From Truepera sp. (GTDB lineage: Bacteria; Deinococcota; Deinococci; Deinococcales; Trueperaceae), in NCBI GenBank assembly GCA_965218435.1, contig CBDCKW010000009.1, positions 3,424,001 to 3,488,000 of the forward strand: DNA of 64,000 nucleotides. The letters run 5' to 3'. The notes under the pieces were generated by a model that ran no database searches, was not told the DNA's origin, and saw nothing but the letters and a program-made list of their open reading frames with translations. A program made the position numbers and the translations under genes. This document shows positions 38,279-48,023 of the stretch, one piece after another. The stretch's first letter is position 1. Each line of letters starts with the position of its first letter.

Positions 38279-39238
38279 ATGAAAATGTTGGTTACAGGCG
38301 CGGCAGGATTTATCGGCAGTCACCTAGCTGAGCGGTTAGCGCGGCGTGGCGATACGGTTGTCGGGATAGACAACTTTAACGATTACTACGACCCGGCGCG
38401 TAAACGCCGTAACGCCGAGGCGGTCAGGCAGGCTGGAGTAACAGTTATAGAAGCCGACATCAGGGACCGTGAAAAGATGATGGCGCTGTTTGAACACCAT
38501 CATTTCGACGCCGTAGCGCATATCGCAGCGATGGCGGGCGTGCGTAACTCGGTGGCGAATCCGGCACTCTATATAGACGTCAATCTGGGCGGGACGCAAG
38601 TCCTGATGGACGCCAGCCGCGAGTTCGGCGTGCAGAACTTCGTCTTCGCTTCAACGTCGTCTATTTACGGCGACACGCCGAACATCCCGTTCCAAGAGAC
38701 CGACCCATGCTTGCAGCCGCCGCAACCCTACGCCGCCGCCAAACGCGCCGCCGAACTCCTGGGCTTTACCTATCACAAGCTCTACGGCCTCAACTTTTCG
38801 GCCACGCGGTTTTTTACGGTTTACGGCCCCCGCGGACGGCCCGATATGATGCCGGGGCTCTTAGCCGAAAGCCTCTACTACGGCAAGATGATTCCGCTCT
38901 ATGAAGGCAATATGCGCCGCGACTGGACGTTTGTAGACGACATCGTGTCGGGCGTCGTGCTGGCGCTCGATAAGCCGCTCGGGTACGAGATTTTTAATAT
39001 CGGGCGCGGGGAGCCGCAACCCTTGGCTGACTTTATCGGGGCGATAGAGGCGGTGTCGGGCCGCAGGACGAGGCTCGAGCCCCAACCTAAACTCGCCGCC
39101 GACGTGTACGTCACCTACGCCGACATCGGCAAAGCGCGAAAACTTTTGGGCTTTGAACCCAAAGTCTCGATCCGTGAGGGTATCGAGCGGTTTTGGCGTT
39201 GGTACGAAGACGAGCAGCGTGAATTAACCCCCAGCTGA
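38279..39238 (+). CDS. NDP-sugar epimerase (UDP-glucuronate 4-epimerase-like)
   Basis: VTGAAGFIG, DNFNDYYDP..K, AAMAGVR.S, YAAAK, RFFTVYGP.GRPDM. Confidence 0.88.
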   Translation: MKMLVTGAAGFIGSHLAERLARRGDTVVGIDNFNDYYDPARKRRNAEAVRQAGVTVIEADIRDREKMMALFEHHHFDAVAHIAAMAGVRNSVANPALYIDVNLGGTQVLMDASREFGVQNFVFASTSSIYGDTPNIPFQETDPCLQPPQPYAAAKRAAELLGFTYHKLYGLNFSATRFFTVYGPRGRPDMMPGLLAESLYYGKMIPLYEGNMRRDWTFVDDIVSGVVLALDKPLGYEIFNIGRGEPQPLADFIGAIEAVSGRRTRLEPQPKLAADVYVTYADIGKARKLLGFEPKVSIREGIERFWRWYEDEQRELTPS

Positions 39239-39738
39239 TGCCAATTTCTGACTATATCAAAGATCTGCGTGTATCTATCGGTCACAAACCGCTGCTGACG
39301 CCCGGCGTAGACGCGATAATTCATAGTGACGCCGGACACCTGCTGCTCATCAAACGAAGTGACACCGGGCTCTGGGGCTTGCCGGGGGGACAACTCGATC
39401 CGCTCGAGCCCCCCGCCTTGGGTCTTATCCGTGAGGTTTTTGAAGAGACCGGACTAAAAGTTGTACCCGAGTCGCTGCTCGGCATTTTCGGCGGCAACGA
39501 CGCCTTTCATGTGCGTTATCCCAATGAGGACGAGGTTGACCCTATCGTGTCGCTGTTCGGTTGCCGCGTGGTTGGCGGAGAGTTGCGAAACCGTGACGGT
39601 GAAGCGACTGAAGTAAGGTTTTTTCCGCCGGACGACGTGCCGAGTGAGCTTACGTCCATCACAGGTTATTTGCTGAACTGCTTAGAACAAAATAGCCTTT
39701 TCGAGTGGGACGAACGCTGGCTGGATACGCTCAGCTGA
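39238..39738 (+). CDS. NUDIX hydrolase, paralog 1
   Basis: PGG....E......IREVFEETGL Nudix box. Confidence 0.88.
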   Translation: MPISDYIKDLRVSIGHKPLLTPGVDAIIHSDAGHLLLIKRSDTGLWGLPGGQLDPLEPPALGLIREVFEETGLKVVPESLLGIFGGNDAFHVRYPNEDEVDPIVSLFGCRVVGGELRNRDGEATEVRFFPPDDVPSELTSITGYLLNCLEQNSLFEWDERWLDTLS

Positions 39739-40226
39739 TGCCGATTTCTGAGTACCTTGAGGGACTCCGGGCACGGATTGGGCATGACTTGGTGCTCAAC
39801 CCTTCGGTTGCTGCCATCATCCGTGACGAAGCTGGAAACGTGCTTATTCATCAGCGTAGCGATAACCAAAAATGGGAAATTCCTGCTGGAGCCGTTGACC
39901 CTGATGAAGCGCCCGCGCAGGCCGTGGTGCGAGAAGTTTTTGAGGAGACGGGGCTCAAGGTTCGGCCGCTACATGTCGTTGGCGTATTTAGTGGAAACAC
40001 GGTCACGCATCCAAATGGCGATAAAACCCAGCCGCACTGCACCTTATTCGAGTGCGAAACCCTAGGTGGGACGCTCGAGGCCCGTGACGGTGAGGCTTTA
40101 GCCTTTAGGTACGTCTCTCCTGCTGAGGTGCCGAGGCAGTTTGACTCGCCGCCGAATATCTTTGAGGCCGACTTTACCGGAACATATTTCGCCTGGGATG
40201 AACGCTGGTTAGAGACGCTCGAGTAA
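39738..40226 (+). CDS. NUDIX hydrolase, paralog 2
   Basis: Start MPISEY overlaps the upstream TGA; VREVFEETGL; shared WDERWL C-terminus. Confidence 0.88.
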   Translation: MPISEYLEGLRARIGHDLVLNPSVAAIIRDEAGNVLIHQRSDNQKWEIPAGAVDPDEAPAQAVVREVFEETGLKVRPLHVVGVFSGNTVTHPNGDKTQPHCTLFECETLGGTLEARDGEALAFRYVSPAEVPRQFDSPPNIFEADFTGTYFAWDERWLETLE

Positions 40227-40446
40227 TCTCGAGGCTTTGCCCAAGGTGTCTATAAATAGATAGGCTACGCCGGACATAACAGATTTTCTAGCGAAACAGT
40301 TTATGAGGGTGACGAGCCTAAGTAACATATCAAATCTCAGTATGAGCTGCGCCGTGGCTGACCCTTCACGCCGTGCGTGCCGCAGAGTAAAAAAAGCCCC
40401 TCACCCCGAAGTTATCCCGAACCGCTACCCAAACCCCCTACTTGTG

Positions 40447-40455
40447 TGCTACACT
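40447..40455 (+). promoter_or_regulatory. Extended -10 promoter TGcTACACT
   Basis: 6 nt upstream of the 5' end of the structured element. Confidence 0.55.
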
Positions 40456-40461
40456 CAAATA

Positions 40462-40641
40462 AGACGAGTTGAAAGGGAGCGTGAAAGTTTCAAGACAGCC
40501 CTAAAGTGTGAGTAGACCAAGTGAAGCCAAGTTGGTTTCGGGAGGCGCAAACTCTCGCGTAAAGGTTGTGGAGAAGCAAAAGCCACAAAGGGACTGGATA
40601 CCAGGTAGAAACCTATAAAACTTGGCACAACCCCTTCGTCT
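40462..40641 (+). ncRNA. Candidate structured ncRNA / riboswitch-like leader, about 180 nt, family not recognised
   Basis: Paired ends AGACGA/TCGTCT and GTTG/CAAC; GCCAAGTT/AACTTGGC and GGTTTC/GAAACC close a junction of three hairpins. Confidence 0.55.
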
Positions 40642-40710
40642 GCCCTTGTTTTTCTACAATATACGAACTCATACCCGGTTTTTCAGGGTGTCGTCCGAGA
40701 ACGTATCGTT

Positions 40711-41442
40711 ATGGCAGGCTCATATCTAGCAGAGAGCCCGGTCGCGGAGAAATATCAGCCGCAGTACCGGGTGGTGCAAGTCGGCGCAGAACACGGTCAA
40801 AGTATTCACGAAGTGGTGTGTTACGCCAACAAATTTCCGGTAGGCACCAAAGGGTGCATCAGTCAGAACAATATTGAAGAGATTATTCGACGTTTTCCCG
40901 AGGGACAGTTTGTGGTTGTTACTGACACTGCTGAAGGGGAGAAGGTTGTCGGCCTGGCCCTCGCCATGAGGACAGCTTATCCGCCGTCGGCGCGGCCTCT
41001 AGGGTGGCTCGAGATGATCGGCGACCTCGGCTTTTCTAAGCATGACCCTAAAGGTGCATGGCTTTACGGGGTTGAAAAAGCGGTCCATCCTGACCACCAA
41101 GGGCGCGGCGTGGCGTCGGCACTCTATAAGGCGCAGTTCGCGCTTGCCGAGCAGCTCAAACTCAAGGGGATGTACGCGGGCGGGATGCTTAAAGGCTACG
41201 AAGCGTACCGTGACCGCTTGTCAGTCCGTGAATACGCGGGCCGGGTGATGCGCGGCGAGGTCTTCGACCCGACGGTGAGTATGCAGATGCGGCGCGGTTT
41301 CAGGCCCTGTACGGTGATTGAAAACTACGCCTGGGACCGGCAAGCTGACCACACCGGGATGCTGATCGTCTGGGAGCGGCCCGAGTTGGCGAGCCCGGAG
41401 CTGATTTCCGATAGCTTAGCCTTAACGCGTTTGCAGCGGTAA
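40711..41442 (+). CDS. GNAT-family acetyltransferase
   Basis: FPEGQFV, HDP.G.WLYG.E..VHPD..GRG, YAGRV..GE.FDPT. Confidence 0.8.
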   Translation: MAGSYLAESPVAEKYQPQYRVVQVGAEHGQSIHEVVCYANKFPVGTKGCISQNNIEEIIRRFPEGQFVVVTDTAEGEKVVGLALAMRTAYPPSARPLGWLEMIGDLGFSKHDPKGAWLYGVEKAVHPDHQGRGVASALYKAQFALAEQLKLKGMYAGGMLKGYEAYRDRLSVREYAGRVMRGEVFDPTVSMQMRRGFRPCTVIENYAWDRQADHTGMLIVWERPELASPELISDSLALTRLQR

Positions 41443-41468
41443 TAAGGAGCCACAGTGCAGGTTCTGGT

Positions 41469-42758
41469 ATGAACGTTTTAGTGCTCGGGGCAGGGATGGC
41501 AGGACTGGCGGCGGCTAGGGCGCTGCAAGACGCCGGTCAGCAGGTCAGCGTGTTAGAGGCCAAACACCGGCTCGGTGGTCGCGTCTATACCAATCACAAC
41601 TTTGCTGAAGTGCCCGTCGAGTTCGGCGCGGAGTTCATCCACGGTGAAGGGGCTGTAACGTGGGCGCTGGTACGTGAGCTGGGTTTAGAAACGGTCCACT
41701 GGAACAAACTGGACGATTCGTTGGTGAGGTTAGAGGACGGTGCGTGGCTGACGATGCAGGAAGCTAGAGCTGATTATCCCGACTTCGACCAGACCCGTTC
41801 GTGGAGCCTGCCCGACGTAGACGCGCTGCCCAGCGAAGACTGGGGGGGTTACCTCCGACGCATTGGCTTTAATCATCAGCAACTTCGTTACGCCGAACGC
41901 TCGTTTGCCAACGCGTGCGGCGAAGCAATGCGTTTTTTAAGCGCCGAGGCGGTGCTCGAGGGGCTCCGGGCTGAAGACGAAGGCGGCAGGGATTACCGGA
42001 TTCTGGGTGGGTATGACGCCCTCGTCAATGCTTTAGCTAAAGGTCTCGACATCTACAGTGATGATCCGGTCAATGAACTGATGTGGGGCGCAGATGGTGT
42101 GCGCGCTTTGACGCTCGGCGGTGAAGTTTACGAAGCGGACGCCGCCGTGATTACTGTACCGCTCGGCGTGCTCCAAGCCGACGCAATTCGCTTTTCCCCG
42201 GCACTTCCCGACAACAAACGCTCGGCGCTCTTGGGTCTGCGAATGGGGCCGGTGATTAAGCTTGTTTACAGCTTTGAGGACGCGCCGCTCGACCCTAGCA
42301 TCATGGCCGTGTACAGCCGCCTCAACCCGCCGATGTGGTGGTCGCCGTCTTATGGGTATAAGACCAACGCGCACGTCTGGACAGCGTTCGCTTCCGGAGA
42401 CTGGGCCGCCGAACTGCTCGCTTTGGGTGAAGAGGGGGCGCTTGAAGCGGGGCTCGAGTCCCTCCGTCAAGAGCTAGACAGCCCTGATTTAACCGCAAAG
42501 GCGGCGCGGCTCATCAACTGGCCTGATGACCCTTACGCACGTGGCGGCTATTCGTTCGTGTTGCCGGGACAGACGGGCGCACGCGAAAACCTAGCAGCGC
42601 CCACGCCACCACTTTTTTGGGCGGGCGAAGCGACGGCACCTGAACCCCAGGCCGCGACGGTTCACGGGGCGCTCTTAAGTGGGCGGCGGGCGGCAAGTGA
42701 AGTGCTGAACTACGAAAAAGCCGCGTCAGCTGCTGAGATGAAGTCAGAGGTAGCTTAG
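41469..42758 (+). CDS. Flavin-containing amine oxidase (MAO/PAO family)
   Basis: GAGMAGLAAA, EA..RLGGRV, GAEFIHG, TVPLGVL, W..DPYARGGYS, AGEAT, TVHGALLSGRRAA. Confidence 0.9.
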   Translation: MNVLVLGAGMAGLAAARALQDAGQQVSVLEAKHRLGGRVYTNHNFAEVPVEFGAEFIHGEGAVTWALVRELGLETVHWNKLDDSLVRLEDGAWLTMQEARADYPDFDQTRSWSLPDVDALPSEDWGGYLRRIGFNHQQLRYAERSFANACGEAMRFLSAEAVLEGLRAEDEGGRDYRILGGYDALVNALAKGLDIYSDDPVNELMWGADGVRALTLGGEVYEADAAVITVPLGVLQADAIRFSPALPDNKRSALLGLRMGPVIKLVYSFEDAPLDPSIMAVYSRLNPPMWWSPSYGYKTNAHVWTAFASGDWAAELLALGEEGALEAGLESLRQELDSPDLTAKAARLINWPDDPYARGGYSFVLPGQTGARENLAAPTPPLFWAGEATAPEPQAATVHGALLSGRRAASEVLNYEKAASAAEMKSEVA

Positions 42759-42762
42759 CTCT

Positions 42763-43503
42763 ATGAAAGCTGTCGGCCTCGTACAAGAAATTAATCTCTA
42801 CCCGGTGAAGTCGATGCGGGGCGTCTCTGTCGCCCACGCAGAACTCTACTGGTACGGCCTAAACGGTGACCGTAAGTACGCCTTTGTGCGTTCCGACGTG
42901 CGTTCGGGGTTTCCGTGGTTGACTGCGAGAGAGTTGCCCGACATTTTACGGTATAAACCCCGGTTTCTTACGCCGGACGAACCGATGACTTCGGACGTTG
43001 ACGTTTGCACACCTTCCGGGCAAGCTTTACCGCTCGAGTCAGGGCAGTTAGGGCAGTCCCTCACGTCTAGCTACGGTGCGCCTGTCTCGCTCTTGCATCT
43101 CAACCGGGGCACCTACGACTGTATGCCTGTTTCGCTCATCACTGACGCAACGTTTGCGAGTATTCAAAGCAGTTTGAATGAGCCTTTAGACCGCCGCCGC
43201 TTCCGGTCTAACCTCGTGATTCAAATAGATGCTGACACAGCTACCGGTGGAGAACCTGAAAAAGCGTGGCTCGGCGCGCTTCTTACGTTTGGCGAACGCC
43301 CGGATTCTGCACGTATAAATATCAACTACCAAATCAAGCGGTGCGTCACGGTCAACTTGGAGCCTGACAGTGGGGAGAATAGTCCCAAAGTTTTGAAAAC
43401 TGTTGCCGAAAACTTTCAAGCGTGTGCGGGCGTTTACGGCGCGGTCTCGAGGCCGGGAACGATTAAGCTTGGAGATACGGTTTATCTGGAGCATCATGCG
43501 TAA
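42763..43503 (+). CDS. MOSC-domain protein (YcbX/mARC-like)
   Basis: YPVKSMRG, GDR, RRFRSNLV, RC, GVYG.V..PG.I..GD. Confidence 0.88.
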   Translation: MKAVGLVQEINLYPVKSMRGVSVAHAELYWYGLNGDRKYAFVRSDVRSGFPWLTARELPDILRYKPRFLTPDEPMTSDVDVCTPSGQALPLESGQLGQSLTSSYGAPVSLLHLNRGTYDCMPVSLITDATFASIQSSLNEPLDRRRFRSNLVIQIDADTATGGEPEKAWLGALLTFGERPDSARININYQIKRCVTVNLEPDSGENSPKVLKTVAENFQACAGVYGAVSRPGTIKLGDTVYLEHHA

Positions 43504-43546
43504 AGCAGTCGCGGCAAAAGCCAACAGTTCAGCGAAAGAAGGTCCT

Positions 43547-44821
43547 ATGGTTACGCAGCATTTGTCCCCCGTCTGGTCACACCTGACCACCTTCGAGCCG
43601 GTCAGAGGCGAAGGTATTTACCTTTATGACGCAGCAGAGAACCGGCTGACCGACTTCACCTCGGGTATCGGCGTCACCAACGCGGGGCACGCGCACCCTC
43701 GAGTCGTCAAGGCGATTCAAGCGCAAGCTGAGGCGCTGATCTTTGCTCAGATCAACTGTGTGGTATCCCCTACAGCAGCTGAGCTGGCCGACCTCCTAGA
43801 CCGTATTACGCCCGAAACGGTGGACACCTTCTTTTTCTCCAACAGTGGCGCGGAAGCCGTCGAAGGCGCGGTCAAACTGGCGCGGCATGCGACCGGACGA
43901 AACAATCTCATCGTCTTTCAAGGCGGTTTTCACGGACGAACGGCGCAGGCGATGGCGATGACAACGGCGAAAACGGGCTACCGGCACCGTTACGGGCCAC
44001 TTCCGGCGGGCGTCTTCGCGGCACCGTTTCCTTATAACTATCAGTACGGTTGGAGTGAGGCGGAGACGGTAGACTTCTGCCTCAAACAGTTGGAGCTCGT
44101 GTTCAAAACCCAAACTGCCCCGGATGAAACAGCGGCGGTGTTCCTCGAGCCCGTCCTCGGTGAAGGCGGCTATGTTCCGGCTCCGGCAGCATTTTTGCAA
44201 GCTTTACGAGAAGTTTGCGACGCGCACGGTATCTTGCTCGTTTTGGACGAAGTGCAGACCGGCTTTGGACGTACCGGCAAGCTGTTCGCGTTTGAACACG
44301 CGGGCGTGACGCCGGACATCTTAGTGATGGCGAAGGGTCTAGGCGGCGGGTTGCCGATCAGTGCGGTGGGCGGGGGCCACGCCCTGATGGAACGTTGGGA
44401 GTCAGGGACGCACGGCGGGACTTACGGCGGTGGCAGCGCGGTAGTGCTGGCGGGTGCGAAAGCCAACGTAGAGGTAATTTTAGACGAACGGCTCGCTGAG
44501 AATGCAGCGGTGAGGGGCGAACAGCTGACTCGAGGTTTACGTGAGTTACAGCGGCGTTTTCCAGTGATCGGTGAGGTGCGCGGGCCGGGGCTGATGGTAG
44601 CGACGGAATTTACCGATACTCACGGACAGCCTGACAAAGAAACGTGCAAGCGGGTTCAAAAAGCGTGTTTAGCGTCAGGGTTGATGCTTTTAACGTGCGG
44701 CCCATTTGAAAACGTCATCCGCTGGATTCCGCCTTTGGTCGTAACCGAGGCGCAGATTGACGAGGCGTTGGGAACTTTTGCGGGGGCGCTCGAGGCCACT
44801 ACTCAACCTGTACCTGCTTAG
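43547..44821 (+). CDS. Class III aminotransferase (4-aminobutyrate aminotransferase-like)
   Basis: DFTSGIGV, NSGAEAVE, FHGRT, EPVLGEGGY, DEVQTGFGRTG, AKG; start MVTQHL. Confidence 0.9.
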   Translation: MVTQHLSPVWSHLTTFEPVRGEGIYLYDAAENRLTDFTSGIGVTNAGHAHPRVVKAIQAQAEALIFAQINCVVSPTAAELADLLDRITPETVDTFFFSNSGAEAVEGAVKLARHATGRNNLIVFQGGFHGRTAQAMAMTTAKTGYRHRYGPLPAGVFAAPFPYNYQYGWSEAETVDFCLKQLELVFKTQTAPDETAAVFLEPVLGEGGYVPAPAAFLQALREVCDAHGILLVLDEVQTGFGRTGKLFAFEHAGVTPDILVMAKGLGGGLPISAVGGGHALMERWESGTHGGTYGGGSAVVLAGAKANVEVILDERLAENAAVRGEQLTRGLRELQRRFPVIGEVRGPGLMVATEFTDTHGQPDKETCKRVQKACLASGLMLLTCGPFENVIRWIPPLVVTEAQIDEALGTFAGALEATTQPVPA

Positions 44822-44830
44822 GAGTGAGCT

Positions 44831-45196
44831 ATGATTCAAAAGATCAATTTAGCGGACAAATTTGCGTCGTTCAGCGATCAGTGGTCGCCTAGGGTTATCG
44901 GTGAAGTGAACGACGCGGCGGTTAAGTTAGCCAAACTTGAAGGCACCTTTGAGTGGCATCAGCACGCGCAAGAAGACGAGCTGTTTATGGTCGTCAAGGG
45001 TCAACTGGTTATCAAATTGCGCAATCAGGACGACATCATGCTGAACGAAGGTGAATGTGTGATCATTCCCAGGGGCGTCGAGCATCTTCCCGTTGCAGAA
45101 AAAGAAGCGCATGTACTTCTTTTTGAACCCAAAACAACGCTTAACACGGGCAATGTCGAGAGCGAACGCACCGTGCATGAATTAGAAAGGCTCTGA
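44831..45196 (+). CDS. Cupin-domain protein
   Basis: WSPR, F.WHQH..EDELF, PRGVEH.P. Confidence 0.85.
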   Translation: MIQKINLADKFASFSDQWSPRVIGEVNDAAVKLAKLEGTFEWHQHAQEDELFMVVKGQLVIKLRNQDDIMLNEGECVIIPRGVEHLPVAEKEAHVLLFEPKTTLNTGNVESERTVHELERL

Positions 45197-46542
45197 TGGC
45201 TGTCATCAGTCTCAAAACTGACATCCCCGGCCCGAAATCTTTGGCACTCGTCGCCCGCCGCGAAACTTCGACGCCGAGGGGCGCAGCCAAGCTGACACCG
45301 CTCGCCTTTACGCACGCGCGAGGCGCGGCTATCACAGACGCTGACGGCAACACGCTCTTAGACTTCGCGGGCGGCATCGGGATGCTGGCCGTCGGGCACA
45401 ACCACCCCCAGGTCGTCGCTGCGATCAAAGCCCAAGCCGATCAACTCATCCACCCGTGCGCCATTGTCGGAAGTTATGAGCCTTATGTCGCGCTGGCCGA
45501 AAAACTGACTGAGATTGTGCCTATCTCCGGCGCAAAGAAGGCGATTTTACTCAATAGTGGTGCGGAAGCTGTTGAAACCGCCGTAAAAATCGCCAGAGCA
45601 CACACCGGACGTGCTGGCATCGTCGTCTTTGAGGGTGCGTATCACGGACGCACCAACTTGACCCTCGCCATGACGAGCAAATACGGGCTTTTCAAAAAGG
45701 GCTTTGGGCCGTTTGCGCCGGAAGTGTACCGGTTGCCCTTTCCAAACGTCTACCGCCGCCCTGCAGGAATGAGTGAAGATTCGTTCTTAAATTACGCCGT
45801 CGGTGAGCTCGAGCACGCCATGACCGCGCAGATTGACCCTTCCGCGATTGCGGCGTTTGTGCTCGAGCCCGTTCAGGGTGAAGGCGGCTTTGTGCCGATT
45901 TCAGGGCGGTTTTACCGGCGTATCCGCGAACTCTGCGACGCGCACGGTATCGTCTTGGTCGCTGATGAGATTCAGTGCGGGATGGGACGTACCGGCAAGC
46001 TGTTCGCCTCGGAGCATTACGGCGTCGAGCCCGACCTCATCACGGCAGCGAAGTCGCTCGCCGCAGGGATGCCGATTTCAGCGGTCGTCGGCAAGGCGGA
46101 CATTATGGACGCGCCGCATCCGGGGGGCTTGGGCGGAACCTACAGCGGCAACCCGCTCGCGTGTGCGGCGGCGTTGGCGGCGGTAGACATCATCTCCGAC
46201 CCGGATTTTCTAGCTCGAGCAACCGAACTCGGGGAGCAGCTCGAGACCCACCTCAAAGCCTTTCAACGTGAGTTTCCAGCGATTGCCGACGTACGCGGAC
46301 TGGGGCCGATGTTGGCGCTCGAGTTCGCTCAAGATGGTGTTCCTGACCCGGAGACAACGGCGAACGTCATCGGTGAGGCGTTAAAACGCGGTTTGATTGT
46401 CTTACGCGCCGGGTTGTACAGCAACTGTTTGCGCTTTTTGCCGCCGCTGAATTTGACGGACGCTGAGCTGGACGAAGGTATGGATGTGCTGTACGAGGCG
46501 CTCACTGCGGTGTTGGCTCGAGAGGTCGTTGCCGGTGACTGA
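45196..46542 (+). CDS. gabT: 4-Aminobutyrate/5-aminovalerate aminotransferase
   Basis: DFAGGIG, NSGAEAVE, KKGFGPF.PEVYR, EPVQGEGGF, AKSLAAGMP, GGLGGTY.GNP. Confidence 0.88.
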   Translation: MAVISLKTDIPGPKSLALVARRETSTPRGAAKLTPLAFTHARGAAITDADGNTLLDFAGGIGMLAVGHNHPQVVAAIKAQADQLIHPCAIVGSYEPYVALAEKLTEIVPISGAKKAILLNSGAEAVETAVKIARAHTGRAGIVVFEGAYHGRTNLTLAMTSKYGLFKKGFGPFAPEVYRLPFPNVYRRPAGMSEDSFLNYAVGELEHAMTAQIDPSAIAAFVLEPVQGEGGFVPISGRFYRRIRELCDAHGIVLVADEIQCGMGRTGKLFASEHYGVEPDLITAAKSLAAGMPISAVVGKADIMDAPHPGGLGGTYSGNPLACAAALAAVDIISDPDFLARATELGEQLETHLKAFQREFPAIADVRGLGPMLALEFAQDGVPDPETTANVIGEALKRGLIVLRAGLYSNCLRFLPPLNLTDAELDEGMDVLYEALTAVLAREVVAGD

Positions 46543-47983
46543 ATTTGCACAAGCTGACTTTAAGCAGCTCATCGGCGGGTCGTGGACGGGTGCGTACGGC
46601 GACGGCACTTGGGATTTGCTCGACCCGGCGACTGAAAAATGTATCCAACAGGTGCCGTTCGGGGGCAAAGCCGACGCTGAGGCTGCCGTAAACGCGGCAG
46701 CTGAAGCGTTTACAGCCTGGTCACGCAAAACACCTTACGAACGCGGCGCGGTCTTAATGCAGGCGGCGGCGTGGCTTCGTCCCCTTGCCGATGACCTAGC
46801 CCGTATCACCACCGAAGAATCGGGGAAACCGCTGGCTGAGTCGAAAGCAGAATGGGTGAGCGCGTGCGGGTATCTCGAGTGGTTCGCCGCTGAAGGCGTC
46901 CGCGCGTATGGGCGCGTGATTCCAGCTCGAGTGGCGACGCGGCGCATCGAAGTGATTTACCAACCGCTCGGTGTGGTCGGGACGATTACGGCGTGGAACT
47001 TTCCGGTCTATAACCTCGTGCGGAGCTGGGCGTCGGCGCTCGCGGCGGGCTGCACGGTGGTCGGGCGGCCTTCGGAGTACACGCCGCGTTCGGGGATGCT
47101 GTTGGCGCGTGCTTTGGTCGAGGGCGGCGCACCGGCAGGCGTGATCAACGTCGTCAACGGTGACCCGGCTGAGGTTGCAGGCGTAATGATGCAAGACGCG
47201 CGGGTTCGCAAAGTCGCGTTTACCGGCAGTCCGCGCGTCGGCAAACTGCTGATGGACCAAGCGAGCGAGACGGTGACGCGGTTGTCGCTCGAGCTTGGCG
47301 GCAACGCGCCGGTCTTGGTCTTTGACGATGTAGACATAGAGCAAGCCGCCAAACTGTCCGTAACCTGGAAGACGCGCAACTGCGGGCAGGTTTGTGTGTC
47401 ACCGCAGCGGTTTTATGTCCATGAAGGTATCTACGAAGCGTTTGCGAAACGGGCGAAGGAGCACATGGCGGCGCTTAAGGTTGGGCATGGGCTAGACGAA
47501 GGAACACAGGTTGGGCCGCTGATTAACCAAACGCAACTCGAGCGGGTGGAAGATTTAGTCTCGAGGAGTATAGACGCTGGCGCGAAGCTCGAGACCGGCG
47601 GCCTCCGCAAAGAGGGCCAAGGTTACTTCTACGAACCGACGGTACTGAGCCACGTTGCACCCGGTATCCCTGCGCACAACGAAGAGATTTTTGGCCCGGT
47701 GATGCCTTTAATCTCCTTCGGCAGCACAGATGAAGCCCTGAAACTGGCGAACAGCACCGAGTATGGTCTGGCTGCGTTTGTCCTGACAAATGACCTCAAT
47801 ACCAGTATTTTGGTGAGTGAAGGGCTCCAAGCTGGCATGGTCTGTATCAATGATTGGCTGCCCGCGACGCCCGAAGCGCCTTTCGGCGGCGTCAAAGGGA
47901 GCGGGTTTGGCCGTGAAACCGGGAGTGAAGGATTGCTGGAATACCTCGAGACCAAAACTATCTTTACCGGCGGGGTGGTGTAA
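46535..47983 (+). CDS. gabD: NAD(P)-dependent succinate-semialdehyde dehydrogenase-like aldehyde dehydrogenase
   Basis: WNFP, FTGS..VGK.LM, SLELGGNAP, RNCGQVC, EEIFGP, PFGGVKGSG.GRE; GTG start inferred. Confidence 0.85.
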   Translation: MTEFAQADFKQLIGGSWTGAYGDGTWDLLDPATEKCIQQVPFGGKADAEAAVNAAAEAFTAWSRKTPYERGAVLMQAAAWLRPLADDLARITTEESGKPLAESKAEWVSACGYLEWFAAEGVRAYGRVIPARVATRRIEVIYQPLGVVGTITAWNFPVYNLVRSWASALAAGCTVVGRPSEYTPRSGMLLARALVEGGAPAGVINVVNGDPAEVAGVMMQDARVRKVAFTGSPRVGKLLMDQASETVTRLSLELGGNAPVLVFDDVDIEQAAKLSVTWKTRNCGQVCVSPQRFYVHEGIYEAFAKRAKEHMAALKVGHGLDEGTQVGPLINQTQLERVEDLVSRSIDAGAKLETGGLRKEGQGYFYEPTVLSHVAPGIPAHNEEIFGPVMPLISFGSTDEALKLANSTEYGLAAFVLTNDLNTSILVSEGLQAGMVCINDWLPATPEAPFGGVKGSGFGRETGSEGLLEYLETKTIFTGGVV

Positions 47984-48023
47984 CCATACAAAAAGGCTAG
48001 GCGTCCATCCGGTAAACTCGCGC

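Noticed and set aside
32000..38280. Island as an integrative mobile element or prophage
   Set aside because: No integrase, transposase, tRNA target or flanking direct repeats seen; only the composition differs.
40462..40641. Known-family assignment of the structured RNA (cobalamin, SAM-I, lysine riboswitch, 6S, raiA, 16S rRNA fragment)
   Set aside because: Only short resemblances (AAAGGGA..GTGAAA, AGGGACTGG, GGATACCAGGTAG). Core motifs of each family are missing, and the asymmetric fold does not fit 6S.
40303..40877. ORFs 40303-40515 and 40566-40877
   Set aside because: No recognisable motifs; they overlap the promoter, the structured element or the GNAT gene.
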